Shown: piece after piece, positions 1-11,330 of the stretch
Layout of the letters: every line of letters begins with the position of its first letter
How positions within the stretch are numbered: position 1 is the first letter of the stretch
The notes under the pieces: generated by a model
What the model saw: only the letters and a program-made list of their open reading frames with translations
The model's database searches: none
What the model was told of the DNA's origin: nothing
NCBI GenBank assembly: GCA_008632985.1
Contig: QPGO01000100.1
Location: forward strand, 114,388 to 178,387
From: Psammoneis japonica
Lineage: Eukaryota
Length of the DNA stretch: 64,000 bases
Reading direction: 5' to 3'
Made by a program: the position numbers and the translations under genes

Positions 1-2021
1 AACACACTTGTGATCCGACAAAGGATCACAGCACTCGACAGCAAGGATTGACTTACAAGCAGAAGCAGCACATTGAGAAAAATGCAGATGCCAAGACGGC
101 TGATGGAATCTTGTGTCAATTGGTTGGCTTGCCTCACGAACATCCAGCAGAGCAGAATCTTCTCTCCAACGATGGCAATCTACCAAGCCATGAAGAAGTC
201 CAGACTCACTTGAAGAACCGTCGTAAATGTGAAGGAGGAGCCGCATCAGAGATTCAATGACATTGCGACGAGATGAAGAAAGATGTCAATGATCCCGGTT
301 TGGGCGACGATGAGCCTTTCATCCTTGATTGTCACATCACATCAAAAGACGATTTCGGAATTGTCATGTCGACAAAGCGCCCACTGCGAAAGTTCCAACT
401 GACTTCAAGGCGCAACTTAGATGGCACGTACAAGCTGCTGAGTTCCGGCTGTCCAGTGACAATGATGGGTGTGGACGACGCGGAGCGCCATTGCCATCCT
501 GTCATCATGGCGTTGCCAAATTCTGAAAAAGGCAAGGACTTCAAGTTTGCAGCCGAGGCGGCGCTCAAGGCAGCTCCGAATTCGTTTCCCACTGTAACAC
601 TCATGGCCGACGCTGCACCAGCAATTAGGAATGGCTTGAAAGACGCTCTCAAGGCAGCATCAAACGAAGGCACCAAGCTGTCACGAACGAAGAGACAAGA
701 TTTGCACACTATAGATTGTGTTGAGTCGATGAAACAATCCTTGGAGGAAGTTGGCGAACCCCTGGTGAGTGATCCTTGAACGTTGCATGGCTGGAGTTGC
801 TTGACAATTCACATTCGGTCTCGCTCAACGCCATGCATTCCTCTTGCGTTGTTACAGAACGAAGTGACCAATGTGTGCAGTGACAATGCGGAAACACGGG
901 TGACGATGTGCTGCTTCCACATGGTTTCAGCTTGTAAGAAAAACAAGTCGAAGCTGAAAAATGCTTCAAACTGGAGCAAAATCCATTCAGATGTTGGAGC
1001 CCTCCACAACGTCCCTCACCCGTTTGCCAAATCTTTTGATTGCTTCATGGAGTTGTTCATGGAGAAATGGATGCGCAAAGGCGAAGAGGATTTCGTTGAG
1101 CATTTTAAGAAAGAGTGGAGTGGCGTTCTCCATCGCTGGTCTCGATGTCATCATCCTCCGGGATACGCAGCCTGCAACAATGGATTAGAGCGGGGCAACC
1201 GATCTGTAAAGGACATCAGCAACCACAAGCGCCAGACAGTGTATGATTTTCTCAAGTCCATGCGCACGATGGTGGCGCTTTGGAGCCTTAAAGCGAAGGA
1301 CAGCCAATTTGTTACTCCTTCGAAGCGCCCCCCTCTTGATGACAACGATTGGATAAATTGTCGCAAGTACCTTCGCGACTGGAACCAACACAGTGTAGAC
1401 ATTGGAGTCAAAGGAGGCACCGTTGTGAACTGTGTCAACGCACAAGTTGGGGAAAGTAAGTTTTGAGTTTTGTCTCCTCCTAAATCAAGTCGCGTTGCAC
1501 GTCACTCACGCTTAAGTTGCACTGAACTACCAGCACATATCCCATCAAGCATTTCCATGGACAGGTGGAAGAAGAGGGCGCTGCAAAACAACAATGGACT
1601 TGACGCAAGTGAAACAGTAAGGAAAAACATTGCAAAGTACCAAGAAGACTCGTTCCGCAACAAGTTTGTACCATTCTGGGAAGCAATGAAAACCGGCGAC
1701 AAGGCGCAGTTCGTCAAATTGAAGATAGACACTTTTGACAGATTCAGAAAACGCATGGAGTCATTTCATGTTATCACGAAGCTTCCCGAAACTGACAACA
1801 GGGAAGACATGAAGCATGCGTGTACTTGTCCAGCATGTCAAAAGGAGGCAAAGTGCAAACATGCCATTCATGTTGGGACTACAACTGGCGAGATCCCTGT
1901 CAGTATGAGCAGTCAAAGTCTTGAGAGAAAGGCGAAACCTGGACGTCCCAAGAAGACGACAAAGGCTCTGGTGAAACAGCCTGGGGAGTACGATTCAGAT
2001 TCGTCGGCTTGCACGCAGTAG
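1..2021 (+). mobile_element. Mutator (MULE) transposase with SWIM zinc finger, degenerate; 5' end outside window
   Basis: Motifs LDGTYK, LMADAAPAIRNG, MCCFH, NNGLERGNRSVK and C-terminal CTCP..CKH (SWIM) plus KPGRPKK. The ORFs join via phase-compatible GT-AG introns 765-857 and 1456-1533. One in-frame TGA at 258-260 (plausibly CGA>TGA). Confidence 0.85.
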
Positions 2022-2109
2022 TTTCAAAGTATAAATCATTGTTATAATAACACGGGTATAGCTGTGATTTGTTACTTGCTTCCACTGCAAATGCAAATAT
2101 GCATGCACA

Positions 2110-2246
2110 CTGCGGAATGCTCCTTATTGGTGTCAAGCGCAACAGCAGGTGTCGAACGCACTGGCAGTCTTACCATACATGCTGTAGAATGCTCCTTGTT
2201 GGTGTCAAGCACAATGGTAGGTGTTGAACATAGCGGTAGTCTTACT
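2110..2246. repeat. Two-copy 72-bp tandem repeat
   Basis: Units ctgcggaatgctccttattggtgtcaagc...gtcttac at 2110 and ctgtagaatgctccttgttggtgtcaagc...gtcttac at 2182. Confidence 0.85.
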
Positions 2247-3455
2247 TTCTAAAAAGCTTCAACTGCATGTTACGTGCGTCGATTTCACCATTCTGAAAGA
2301 ACTCGTCCAACAAGCTTGAGTTTGTGCCACGTTCACCGTTAACCTTGAAGGCTGGAAAACGCTTCGGCAAGCCACAATCGCCATCGGGAGCTTTGTTCTC
2401 AATAACAGATCGACAGTTGTTCAGAACACGAAGAGCTTCAAATAGGCTGCAAGCACGAGAATGACAAAACTCCACGGACTTTGGATTACAACGGCCATCT
2501 GCCTCACAGGCAAATGTTGCTTCAGCACAAGCTTGGCAATACGTAGAGAATTGGTTGCAAAGACGGGCATTTTCCTGGTTGCGGCATCCTTTCTTGTACC
2601 ATGCACTGGACATCATTTTCACTAGCTTCTGCTTATAATCATTCGTATCCTTTGGATCGTGCTGATCATTGGTGCTACTAGGCATTGCAGCTGTCTCAGC
2701 TCTGCCCACGGATGTCAATGCGACATCACCGTTGACGCCACGTGATGCGGTTGATGTGGCTCTGCCCGTGTGTCTTGACATGCTTGTTGTTTCGAATAGC
2801 CCAAGTTGCTCTAGACGACGTAACTTCTCCACTTTCTTTTCACCATACGCTTTCCTTTACTAGAATACTCACAGTGTTCCTTCACGTGACGGCGAATCCA
2901 GTTATACACCTTCCTATTGTGCTCATAATGGATTCGTAAATGACCGTATTTCTTCTTGAATTGCACCAAATACTGGTGTTTCGATTCCCAAGTTTCATAC
3001 CGACCATGATTTGTCCCTGTGGTCTCAGTATTGTTTTTGTAGTTCGCGAGTTCTTCTTCTGCTTCTTGCGGCCTCACATCAGAATCGTTACTCTCTTGCT
3101 CGGATCCGCGGTTGTGGCTAGAGTACATTTGGGTAGTGCTGCCATCGTTGTTGGAGTAGACATGAAGAATGTCATCGTCGGACTCCTTGTTCAAATCATA
3201 ATTGCCTTGATCAACATCACCATCGTTGTGATGGTGGACTTGAATGACTTCAACTTCATCATCCGAGATCGAATCATCGTTGTCGTACTCGATCCTGCTG
3301 TCGTTGTTGGAGTAGACGTCAACAATGTCGTCGTCGGAATCCTTGTTCGAATCTTCGTTGTGTTGCTCGGTATTCCCATCATTGGGATGGATGACTTGAA
3401 TAACTTCAACTTCGTTGTCAGGAGCACCGTCGCTGTCTTGATTTACCCCTGCCAT
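2242..3455 (-). pseudogene. Helicase-associated (HA) domain protein with acidic internal repeat, frameshifted near 2835
   Basis: WESKHQYLVQFKKKYGHLRI..VYNWIRRH continues in another frame as EKLRRLEQLGLF, matching the HA-domain pattern. A 52-aa (156-bp) duplicated segment EVEVIQV..SDDDI..VYSNND. Start uncertain. Confidence 0.55.
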
Positions 3456-3914
3456 CTTGAGATTCGAAACACCACTGCTGTACGAGCGTTGTCCACCGAC
3501 GTTGTGTAGTTCCTGAACAAACGGACCCTCTGGCAGCATATGGGATTCGAGACCATGATGTAGACATGGAACACCATCATCGTGGAAGTTATTCCATACA
3601 CTGCATGTACAAGAAACAAAACGAGAAACGAGAGAAGAGTAACGCACGATGCGTTGGATGACAGTTCCGGCGAGGCTAAATAAATTTAAAAATAACGTCT
3701 GCCGTTGAAACGGAAAGGGCTTGCCTCCTTTGGGGCCGTTTGGAGATCCACGTGGAGGCCAGTCGTGAAATTTATTTTTAAGAATCGCAAACTTATTTTT
3801 ATAAATGAAAAAATCGCTCTCATCTCATCAACGTTCACATCACCCGACCGAGCCGCGGAAACAGAGAATCATCGACACATACAAGAGGTTTCGTTTCAAA
3901 GAATCATCATCAAG

Positions 3915-5231
3915 ATGAGCAAGCTCAAAGTGGACTACGAAACGATACCAGACGTCGCGGAGGACGAGGACACCGTTGTTGCCATTCCCAAGCCCAAAGT
4001 CGACCCTCGCAAGACATACCCGGAAGCAAACGAAGTCCAAGCTCGATTGCTTGGCGATTTAGATGAATTGATCAAGCTACCCAATCCAAAAGTAAACTTA
4101 CCTCGCATCACGGCACAGCAAGTAGATGGAGCACCAACGTCATGGAACGAGCTTGTAGAGGCCATTAAGCTTCCCACGCAAACATTTGTGGGAACAGCCA
4201 TCGCCGCACTCGTCGTGATTGTTTGGGGCTCTCCGTTAGCACAAGCCCTGTATCCCTATGTGGCGGCGATTGCAGCCTTTTGGTCGTCTGTTCCGTCACT
4301 CGAGAATCGTTTGGCAGGGCAGTTCGACAAGGTGTCGGAGAAGCTCGACAAGACCAATGGGGCGATTGAAGCTCAGGTAGATGCCGTCGCGTACCAAGTC
4401 AACACGTGTGTAGACTGTATTCAAGGTCACCTCAAGAAAGCCCTAGAACCAGATCGTCCCAAGCTCGCCAAGGCAAAAAAGGCGGAAACGTTGCTTCGAC
4501 AATATGATGATTCGATTGATATTCCAGACATTGACGACTTGGAACGAGAGTTGGATGGATGCGGATGCGCGATTGAAGGCAAAATGAAACAAGTCAAGCA
4601 AGCCATTGACTTTTACAAGTACATTCCTGTTGCTCTGCGTTCTAAGGAGAACTTTACTACGTATGCAATCTATCCCATTCTTGCCGTATTCTTGGGGCTG
4701 CAGCTCTATGGTGTATACCAGTCGTCAACCACCGACGGCGAAATTGGTGACTCGGCGATATCGTCTCAAAGGTTCTTGCGAGGATCAATGCAAGAGAATC
4801 TCGAAGGTGTCGTGGATCAGGCGACAAACGACAGCATGCAAGATTCTTCTTTTGCTGTCTCGTGGTATCCCCTTTGGGTTTCGATTCAAGTGTACGTTGC
4901 GGCAGTTGCCGAGATTTCCATTGGCTTTTTCATGTCCCAAGCCGCTTCGATTGCTGCCCTCCTGAACATCACTATTGGCCGCGTCGAACGGGGCGCCAAC
5001 GAAGCAATAGACACGACGGGCGCCAAGCAAGTGTTTGACGAATACCTCACCACCAAGATTACAATTTTGAGATCCAAGTTGCTCGACCTGATTCATAATA
5101 TGATCAAGATTGACAAGGTCCAAAAGCAAATGATGGGTGGCGCTGATTCTCTTGAGGAACTAGCAGAGAGCAAGATTGGAAATGGTATTGAACAGAGTGG
5201 CATTTCTCTTCCTTGGTCGCCGCTTGGATAA
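3915..5231 (+). CDS. Hypothetical membrane protein with coiled-coil region
   Basis: Long ORF; first ATG at 3915 (MSKLKVDYE); several hydrophobic segments; normal composition. Confidence 0.75.
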   Translation: MSKLKVDYETIPDVAEDEDTVVAIPKPKVDPRKTYPEANEVQARLLGDLDELIKLPNPKVNLPRITAQQVDGAPTSWNELVEAIKLPTQTFVGTAIAALVVIVWGSPLAQALYPYVAAIAAFWSSVPSLENRLAGQFDKVSEKLDKTNGAIEAQVDAVAYQVNTCVDCIQGHLKKALEPDRPKLAKAKKAETLLRQYDDSIDIPDIDDLERELDGCGCAIEGKMKQVKQAIDFYKYIPVALRSKENFTTYAIYPILAVFLGLQLYGVYQSSTTDGEIGDSAISSQRFLRGSMQENLEGVVDQATNDSMQDSSFAVSWYPLWVSIQVYVAAVAEISIGFFMSQAASIAALLNITIGRVERGANEAIDTTGAKQVFDEYLTTKITILRSKLLDLIHNMIKIDKVQKQMMGGADSLEELAESKIGNGIEQSGISLPWSPLG

Positions 5232-5394
5232 CAGTAGAACCTGCTGCTGAGTTGAATATCTGCAAGGCGGAGCCTGCAGAGATAAGTTTTGAAGTTTGTT
5301 GTAGGTCCACTCGAACCCCTGTCGTTACGAGTGCTGTATTTTATCAAAGAAAAATGAGTAATTAAAAAAAGTTTCATAGTCCTTTTAAGTCTTT

Positions 5395-5660
5395 GCTCTA
5401 GCTAGGCCCTAGAGTAGAATACATAATATTATAGGTATTAGGTCTGAGAGGAACGAAACAAGCACCCTCCATCATTACGGTAGTTGGGAACTAGAGAGCT
5501 AGCTAGAGAGCACTGTACTCTCTCTCAACTCTACTCTACTACTCTCTAGCTAGTAGTAGCTACTCTAGCTAGTAGTAGCTACTCTAGCTAGTAGAGAGTC
5601 GAGCAGGTGTTGTAGAGAGTAGACCTACCGGTAGTACGGTAGGGCCTCTAGCTAGAGAGG
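5395..5660. repeat. TA-punctuated low-complexity tract (CTAG/TAG/CTC/GAG)
   Basis: For example tagctagtagtagctactctagctagtagtagctactctagctagtagagag, and taccggtagtacggtaggg. Confidence 0.85.
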
Positions 5661-6081
5661 GTTGGAAGTGGCTTTTTCATGCGCGAACTCTGTTTTTGTG
5701 GAGTTCTCGTTGTATGTCGTTGTGTACGTAACATGTACATACGGTTTCTACATACGACGTTTGTCGTTGGTTTCACAGATGTCGATCGAGAAAAATCGCG
5801 AGCGCTCAAAACTCGAAGCAGCAACAATACAACAGCAACGACCGCTCTGTTGTCAGCAACAACAACCTTATTGTCTCCATCCTATCAACACTGTAAGCGC
5901 CACTGCATTGAAAGCCGTTTCCAGATTGCACTGTATCGTATCGTAAAATCGCAAGAGAATTGAGAGCCAGAATTTCGTGGGACTAAGGCGTCATACGTGG
6001 AAGCACCATACACACACGAATCAATCAAGCCGCGAAAACCGAATTCGATTGTCACACAAGAAAAGCCATAAAAAGCAAAAC

Positions 6082-7410
6082 ATGAACGAAAACAACGATA
6101 CTGCCGTCGTGATGGTAGCATGTGACGATTGTGGTCACTTGGTACCGGAACCCAATCTAGCAATTCATCAAGCACACGCTTGTGGCGGAAGAGCACGGGC
6201 TGCTCCGCCGCAGACACCGGAACGCAATCACGTTTCTGAGCCGCAACGACACGAGCAGCTTACCACTCCGCTATCCGACTCGAAACCGCCTGCTAGAGAA
6301 CGAAGCCATGGAAACGAGAATGAATCGGCGTCTACTGCCTCTTCGTTTCAGGAAGCAATCACCGTGGATGATGTTGCTACTCCAACTACCAACAACAACA
6401 ACGCATATGCCACCACAAACGCTACTCCAATCAACGCTGCTCCAAACAGCAACCACAACAATACCGAAAACTTTGTCGATCTCACAGGCGACACACCACC
6501 TCCACAAGAATGGGCCTGTTCGGTATGCACGCTATTGAATCCAATGACGTCTTCGGTCTGTAGCGCTTGTATGCACAGCAAGGACGGTGTCCGCCCGGCA
6601 GACGCAAGTCGCCGTGAGCGATTGATTGGAGGTCCAATGCCACCAGCCATGATGCCGTCGTCTCCTTCTTCGGCACTGCCTTCGGGTGCCACCAGTGGAG
6701 CGCTTCTGGGCGGGGTCTTGGGTGCTGCCCATGCCTACATGGGTGGACGGCCCATGGGATCGGCGGCTCTCGAGGGAGCCATGACTGGTTTTGTCGGTGG
6801 AGCGCTGGTTGGAGACGTCGTGGCTGGAATGAACAGCCCAAGTTCATCCCGAGCTACCGCCAATAACAATATGCCCGTGTCAAATATGCCCGTGGCATCG
6901 GCCAGGACGGGAGCCTCCATGGGACTGCCCACGTATCCGTCCATGTACAGGGTTCCCGATTCGTCTCGAAACCGTCGTCGCATGCAACCACGCTCTTCTG
7001 TGCGGGTTGTACGTCGAAGCACCAGCAATGGTGGTTCGTATACCGTCTATTCCAGTGGCGGCAGCAACATGGACCCCGATCCCTTTTTGAATTTCATGAT
7101 GCAATCCATGGCAAGCCGAGCGACCGACAACATGTCGTATGAAGAACTACTCCGTGCCTTTGGAGACGGCACGGAAAACATGGGTGCCAACGAAGAGGAC
7201 ATTTCGCACTTGCCCACGGCTACAATCCAAGATCCAAACAAGGAATTACCTCAAGACCAAAAGCAGTGCTGTATTTGTTTGGAAGACTTTTCGGCCGGAG
7301 AAGAACGCAAGACGTTGCCGTGTTTGCACGGATTTCACTCCGAGTGTGTCGACAAGTGGTTGCGATCGAATGGATCGTGCCCCATTTGCAAGCACACAGT
7401 ATCGTCGTGA
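6082..7410 (+). CDS. RING-H2 E3 ubiquitin ligase with RanBP2-type zinc finger
   Basis: C-terminal CCICLEDF..LPCLHGFHSECVDKWL..CPICK preceded by DNMSYEELL; WACSVCTLLN..CSAC; N-terminal CDDC..H..HAC. Confidence 0.92.
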   Translation: MNENNDTAVVMVACDDCGHLVPEPNLAIHQAHACGGRARAAPPQTPERNHVSEPQRHEQLTTPLSDSKPPARERSHGNENESASTASSFQEAITVDDVATPTTNNNNAYATTNATPINAAPNSNHNNTENFVDLTGDTPPPQEWACSVCTLLNPMTSSVCSACMHSKDGVRPADASRRERLIGGPMPPAMMPSSPSSALPSGATSGALLGGVLGAAHAYMGGRPMGSAALEGAMTGFVGGALVGDVVAGMNSPSSSRATANNNMPVSNMPVASARTGASMGLPTYPSMYRVPDSSRNRRRMQPRSSVRVVRRSTSNGGSYTVYSSGGSNMDPDPFLNFMMQSMASRATDNMSYEELLRAFGDGTENMGANEEDISHLPTATIQDPNKELPQDQKQCCICLEDFSAGEERKTLPCLHGFHSECVDKWLRSNGSCPICKHTVSS

Positions 7411-7689
7411 GCAGAATGGATTGAGTAGATATGAATGAGGAGAGGCGAAGGTTTCTTGGAGGGACTTTTGCGACTATGTAGAGTAACGTAGCATTACTAA
7501 ATTGAACTCTAGAATGTACGTATTTCTGAGTCAATTGTCGAATGATCGAGTCGTCACTTCGTTTCTTCAGAAGGTTTGTTACTCGTGTGCCATAGGTGAA
7601 AAACAAGGTTTCGATGCGGAGAATCGTTATTTGCTTAACAGCATGAGCTTGGATCTCTAACATGACTCGAACTGTTCCGCCACTCCAGC

Positions 7690-7895
7690 TTCGAGCTAGT
7701 AGCTAGCTAGCTAGCTAGCTCTAGACTAGTAGAGCTAGAGAGAGGAATCATCTGCGGTAGGGCTAGCTACTAGAGTAGAGTAGCTATCTAAGCTAAGTAG
7801 GTAGCTAAGCTAATATCTAAGCTCTGCTCTCGCTCGCTCGCTATAGATCTAGCTAAACTACAACGGAAAGGATAGTCCCCTACTCTAGATACGTC
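7690..7895. repeat. TA-punctuated low-complexity tract
   Basis: gctagtagctagctagctagctagctctagactagtagagctagagag...tactagagtagagtagctatcta. Confidence 0.85.
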
Positions 7896-8023
7896 ACGAA
7901 AAGGAATCTCGCGGAAAGGAATCTGAGGAATAGCGACCGCGCAGTTTCTACGTGTATTTCGTACTGAGTTCAACATACCGCACGGCAGCACTGTTGTGCA
8001 TTGACAGCAAAAACAAAAGCACT

Positions 8024-8437
8024 ATGGGCGGTGGCGGCTGGTATTACGTTCCAAAGGTATGTGGCCATACCGTTAGCATCACTGTGTTTATACAAAAATG
8101 GTGGAAGACTTATAGGAAAACCAGCACCGCCGTTGTGGTGCTTGACGCATCATCGTCGTGTTGTCGTCGCGCAGTGACGTTCTGATGCTTTGAATCGTTC
8201 GACTAAATATTTTTCCCGTTCTCTTCACGGTAGGTTTGGTCCCCAGCGGGTGGCTGGTGGAACACACCGGCGGCTTGGAAGCGCAACACGGCGGTTGCGT
8301 CATTATCAATCTTTGCCATGAGTGCCATTGTTTTCAAAGTGAGTGCCGATAAGGAACGAAGACCCGTTCCTCCGAGGGTGCACATTCCTTCGCAGAGGTG
8401 GTGCAAACACGCAAAGGAAGACGATCCTTCCTTATGA
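8024..8437 (+). CDS. Mitochondrial complex I small accessory subunit (NUUM / NDUFC1-KFYI-like), 2 exons
   Basis: Exons 8024-8056 and 8234-8437 (intron gtatgt..tag) give 78 aa, MGGGGWYYVPKVWSPAGGWWNTPAAWKRNTAVA..., matching the fungal/plant VWSPAGGW..P..WK.NT motif. Not recovered intact by the ORF track. Confidence 0.8.
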
Positions 8438-8586
8438 GTGGAAATACGAATCACTGCATTATTTTAGTGACTAGACCCTCGATAATGGTATCTAGTGTCG
8501 AACAATTTATAACAACTCACTATCGCAGTATATACCTGTTAAAGGTTTCATCAAGGCCTTGACTCGTGTCGCACAAACTTTCTGTA

Positions 8587-9189
8587 TTACGCCTTCCAAA
8601 ACAGGACAATTCGTTTCCACAAGGGCCTTTTGCTATCACCACCTCCACTTTTGGCTGCAAGCGCCGCTTTATTTTGTTCCTCTTCATGCTTGGCGATATC
8701 ATCTGGCGCAGCCACAGCCAATGTTACAGTTTCGTCCAAATCATCCTGCTCGACTCCCATATCCAGATTAGCCAGCTCCTCTGCTTCTTGCTGCGAAATG
8801 GAGGAAGCGCTCTTGGCCACGCGTGCTTCGCTCGCCAAGGATTCCAACGAGTCTTCCTTAGACTGTCCCACCGCGTTCATCGAATACCACCATACCCAAC
8901 CAACAAACCCAAACAGCGCAGTCGCCATTCCAAAGTTCTTCATTCGCATTTCCGGAGTCAAGTAGCTTTGAATCGCTTCTGTTCCCGAGGTACGATTTGC
9001 ATAATTCTTGTTGATCAATTCAGAAGCCATGGCGTGAGGGTCTGCGCTTTCCTCAGATGGAGGAGCTTTGATGCCAGAACCGGGAGTTTTCGACGACTGA
9101 GCTCGTTTTGTGGGCATGCAGAACCGTGCTCCTCCGCGGTTCTGAGCCCGGTTTGACAATCTCAGTGCTTGCGATCGTGTGGATAGCAT
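8587..9189 (-). CDS. Cytochrome c oxidase assembly factor 3-like protein
   Basis: Basic N-terminal presequence. RMKNFGMATALFGFVGWVWWYSMNAVGQ resembles the Coa3 transmembrane motif. Confidence 0.6.
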   Translation of the reverse strand: MLSTRSQALRLSNRAQNRGGARFCMPTKRAQSSKTPGSGIKAPPSEESADPHAMASELINKNYANRTSGTEAIQSYLTPEMRMKNFGMATALFGFVGWVWWYSMNAVGQSKEDSLESLASEARVAKSASSISQQEAEELANLDMGVEQDDLDETVTLAVAAPDDIAKHEEEQNKAALAAKSGGGDSKRPLWKRIVLFWKA

Positions 9190-9414
9190 GATGTTTTGTG
9201 TGTAATCGTCTTTCTCACTCCATACAAGTTGTTAGCAGTCTGTGGTTGTCGTTGCAACAGCAACAAAGCAAAGTGTGTTGGAGGATGTGCTTTGGGAGGT
9301 GGCGGGAAAGAAAACGCGGCGCCGCAAACTCAAAACATTGGCGCGCCTACATTGCTGAAGGTATTTTCAAATATGACGTCAGCATCGCTTTCTATGCCGT
9401 GCATGCCGCCGCCG

Positions 9415-9482
9415 TGGTACCGGTACTTACTATTACTACTTCTACTCTCTAGTAGAGAGGGCTAGTAGCTAGAGGTAGGTCC
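9415..9482. repeat. TA-punctuated low-complexity tract
   Basis: taccggtacttactattactacttctactctctagtagagagggctagtagctagaggtagg. Confidence 0.8.
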
Positions 9483-9588
9483 TTGCGATTGCGCTTATTA
9501 TGTTGCTTTGTGCTGCTTGCATGCTTGCTTGATGCCTTTACTTCGTTCGCATCCACCGTCCTTTGTAAGAGCGAATTCAAGCGCGTTT

Positions 9589-11330
9589 TCAAAGAGCTCG
9601 CCATATCGATACTGCTGCTCCACAAACGCCCAGCACAATGCCAAGGTAGAAAATCACAATGGAAAGCTTAACCTCCCAACATTTGCCAGCCGTGTCTTTG
9701 CACGTACAATCAATAATGATTGCCTGAAACATGAGTGGCGGAAAAATATAAATGACACAAGTCGACAACGTTGCTCCACCTAGACTCAGGACCAATGTCA
9801 AGTCATCCAAGCCAATCGCCAAGGCTGTAATCAAGGTCAGCATGGACACGGACAAGACGGAAACATGTGGTCGACTCGATCTTTGAAAGGAATTGCCATC
9901 CACTAGATCCAGTATACCATCGCGCCCTCCAAGAAACAAGAGGGGGTACGCAAACAATACCGAGAGTGCAATGCCGAAGCGGCTAATGTTTGCCAATGGA
10001 TCGTTCAAGGAATAATTGTCGAGAATGAAACCAGCTGAATTCTCACCAAAGGTTAGAAATCCCAGAGACGAAATGACGCCATACGTTATTGCGGACAGTA
10101 TGAATGAAATGTTGACAACCACGTTGAATCGTCCAGTCGTATGGTCTTTGAGCTGTGCGTCACGGGAGGGACACAAATCGGTTTGTGAGAGACAATCAAT
10201 CTTCGAGCTTTCAAAGCAACTATCAGACCACGGTTTCGATATACCTCGTAAAAATATTTCGGTGCATTGTAATGAGCTACATATCCTGTAGACAAAATGG
10301 ACACCAAAATCAGCGTTTGTGGTGACGTAAAGAAGGACCAGGCTCCGCGGTCCCCAAAGAGCGGTTTTTGCTGTCTTGTGAGATCATTGTACAAGGGCGC
10401 CCCTTCTTTGTAACTCCCATCAAAGTAACGAATTACCATGGTCATGGCTGTAAAGAGCGTACCAAATTGTCCCACCACACTAAAAGGAGCCAACGCGGCC
10501 AGCGTCTCCTTGAGACAGAGAGGCAACAGGACCAACAATGTAACAATGCAAAGTGTTTCGGCTCTTGATATGGAAACGTCCCAGTTTTGCAACACACTCT
10601 GCAAGAGAGGTTGGCACGTACTGCTAATCACAATACTAAATCCCCAACAGCCCAATAAAGTCTTTCCAACGACCACGAGAGCTACAGCCCTGCTTGTCCA
10701 TGACGTTCGTGCGTGAGCATGAGGATAGTGGTGGTGGTGATGATGATGATAACGCGCTTCATACGACCGCTCCCATGCTTCCTTGTAGGTTCTAGCCTTT
10801 GTAATGGCACAGACACGACCAATTAATGAAAAAGAATACGCATTCAGTATTCCCATGACGAAAATCAGTCCAAGAGATGGAATCAATGCCGATGGAGTAT
10901 TTGCAAAGGTGGCGATACCTGAGGGCAGCGACAAACCGCCAGAACCGACAATGTTTTTGACAAGGTTGAAAATTTCATTTGGAATGGTCGCAGTTCCACC
11001 AGTAGTACTGATATCGTCAATGATCTCTTCCTTTTCTGGTTGTGTCTGTTGTGTTTGAGCCGTTTCGACACAGGTCTTTGCCGTGTCGTCGCATCTCCAA
11101 CATTTTCGTTTAAAGCAGCACGACGGTCGAAAGGATGCGTCTCCCTGTATCAGCAAGAGCGCAGCGTCACGGAGCTGTTCCTTTGAAGTAGTAGATAGAG
11201 ACGATGAAGAAGAGGAAACGGAAAGCGCCGTCTCGTCGTGGTTATTTCTGCTACTTCCGTATGGGGCGCTGTTGGATTCGTCATGTTTCAACAAGCCCGC
11301 ATTTTCTCCCTCTCTCATCACTGAATTCAT
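9589..11330 (-). CDS. Amino acid transporter (Aa_trans / SLC38-like), 2 exons
   Basis: IFNLVKNIVGSGGLSLP, HYNAPKYFYELKD and many TM segments. Intron 10153-10244 joins both ORFs in frame. His-rich loop. Confidence 0.9.

Noticed and set aside
2940..3509. 189-aa Val/Ile-rich plus-strand ORF
   Set aside because: Antisense shadow of the Asp/Asn-rich minus-strand ORF.
5395..9482. CRISPR array or telomeric repeats
   Set aside because: No constant repeat with unique spacers and no fixed unit; eukaryotic intergenic context.
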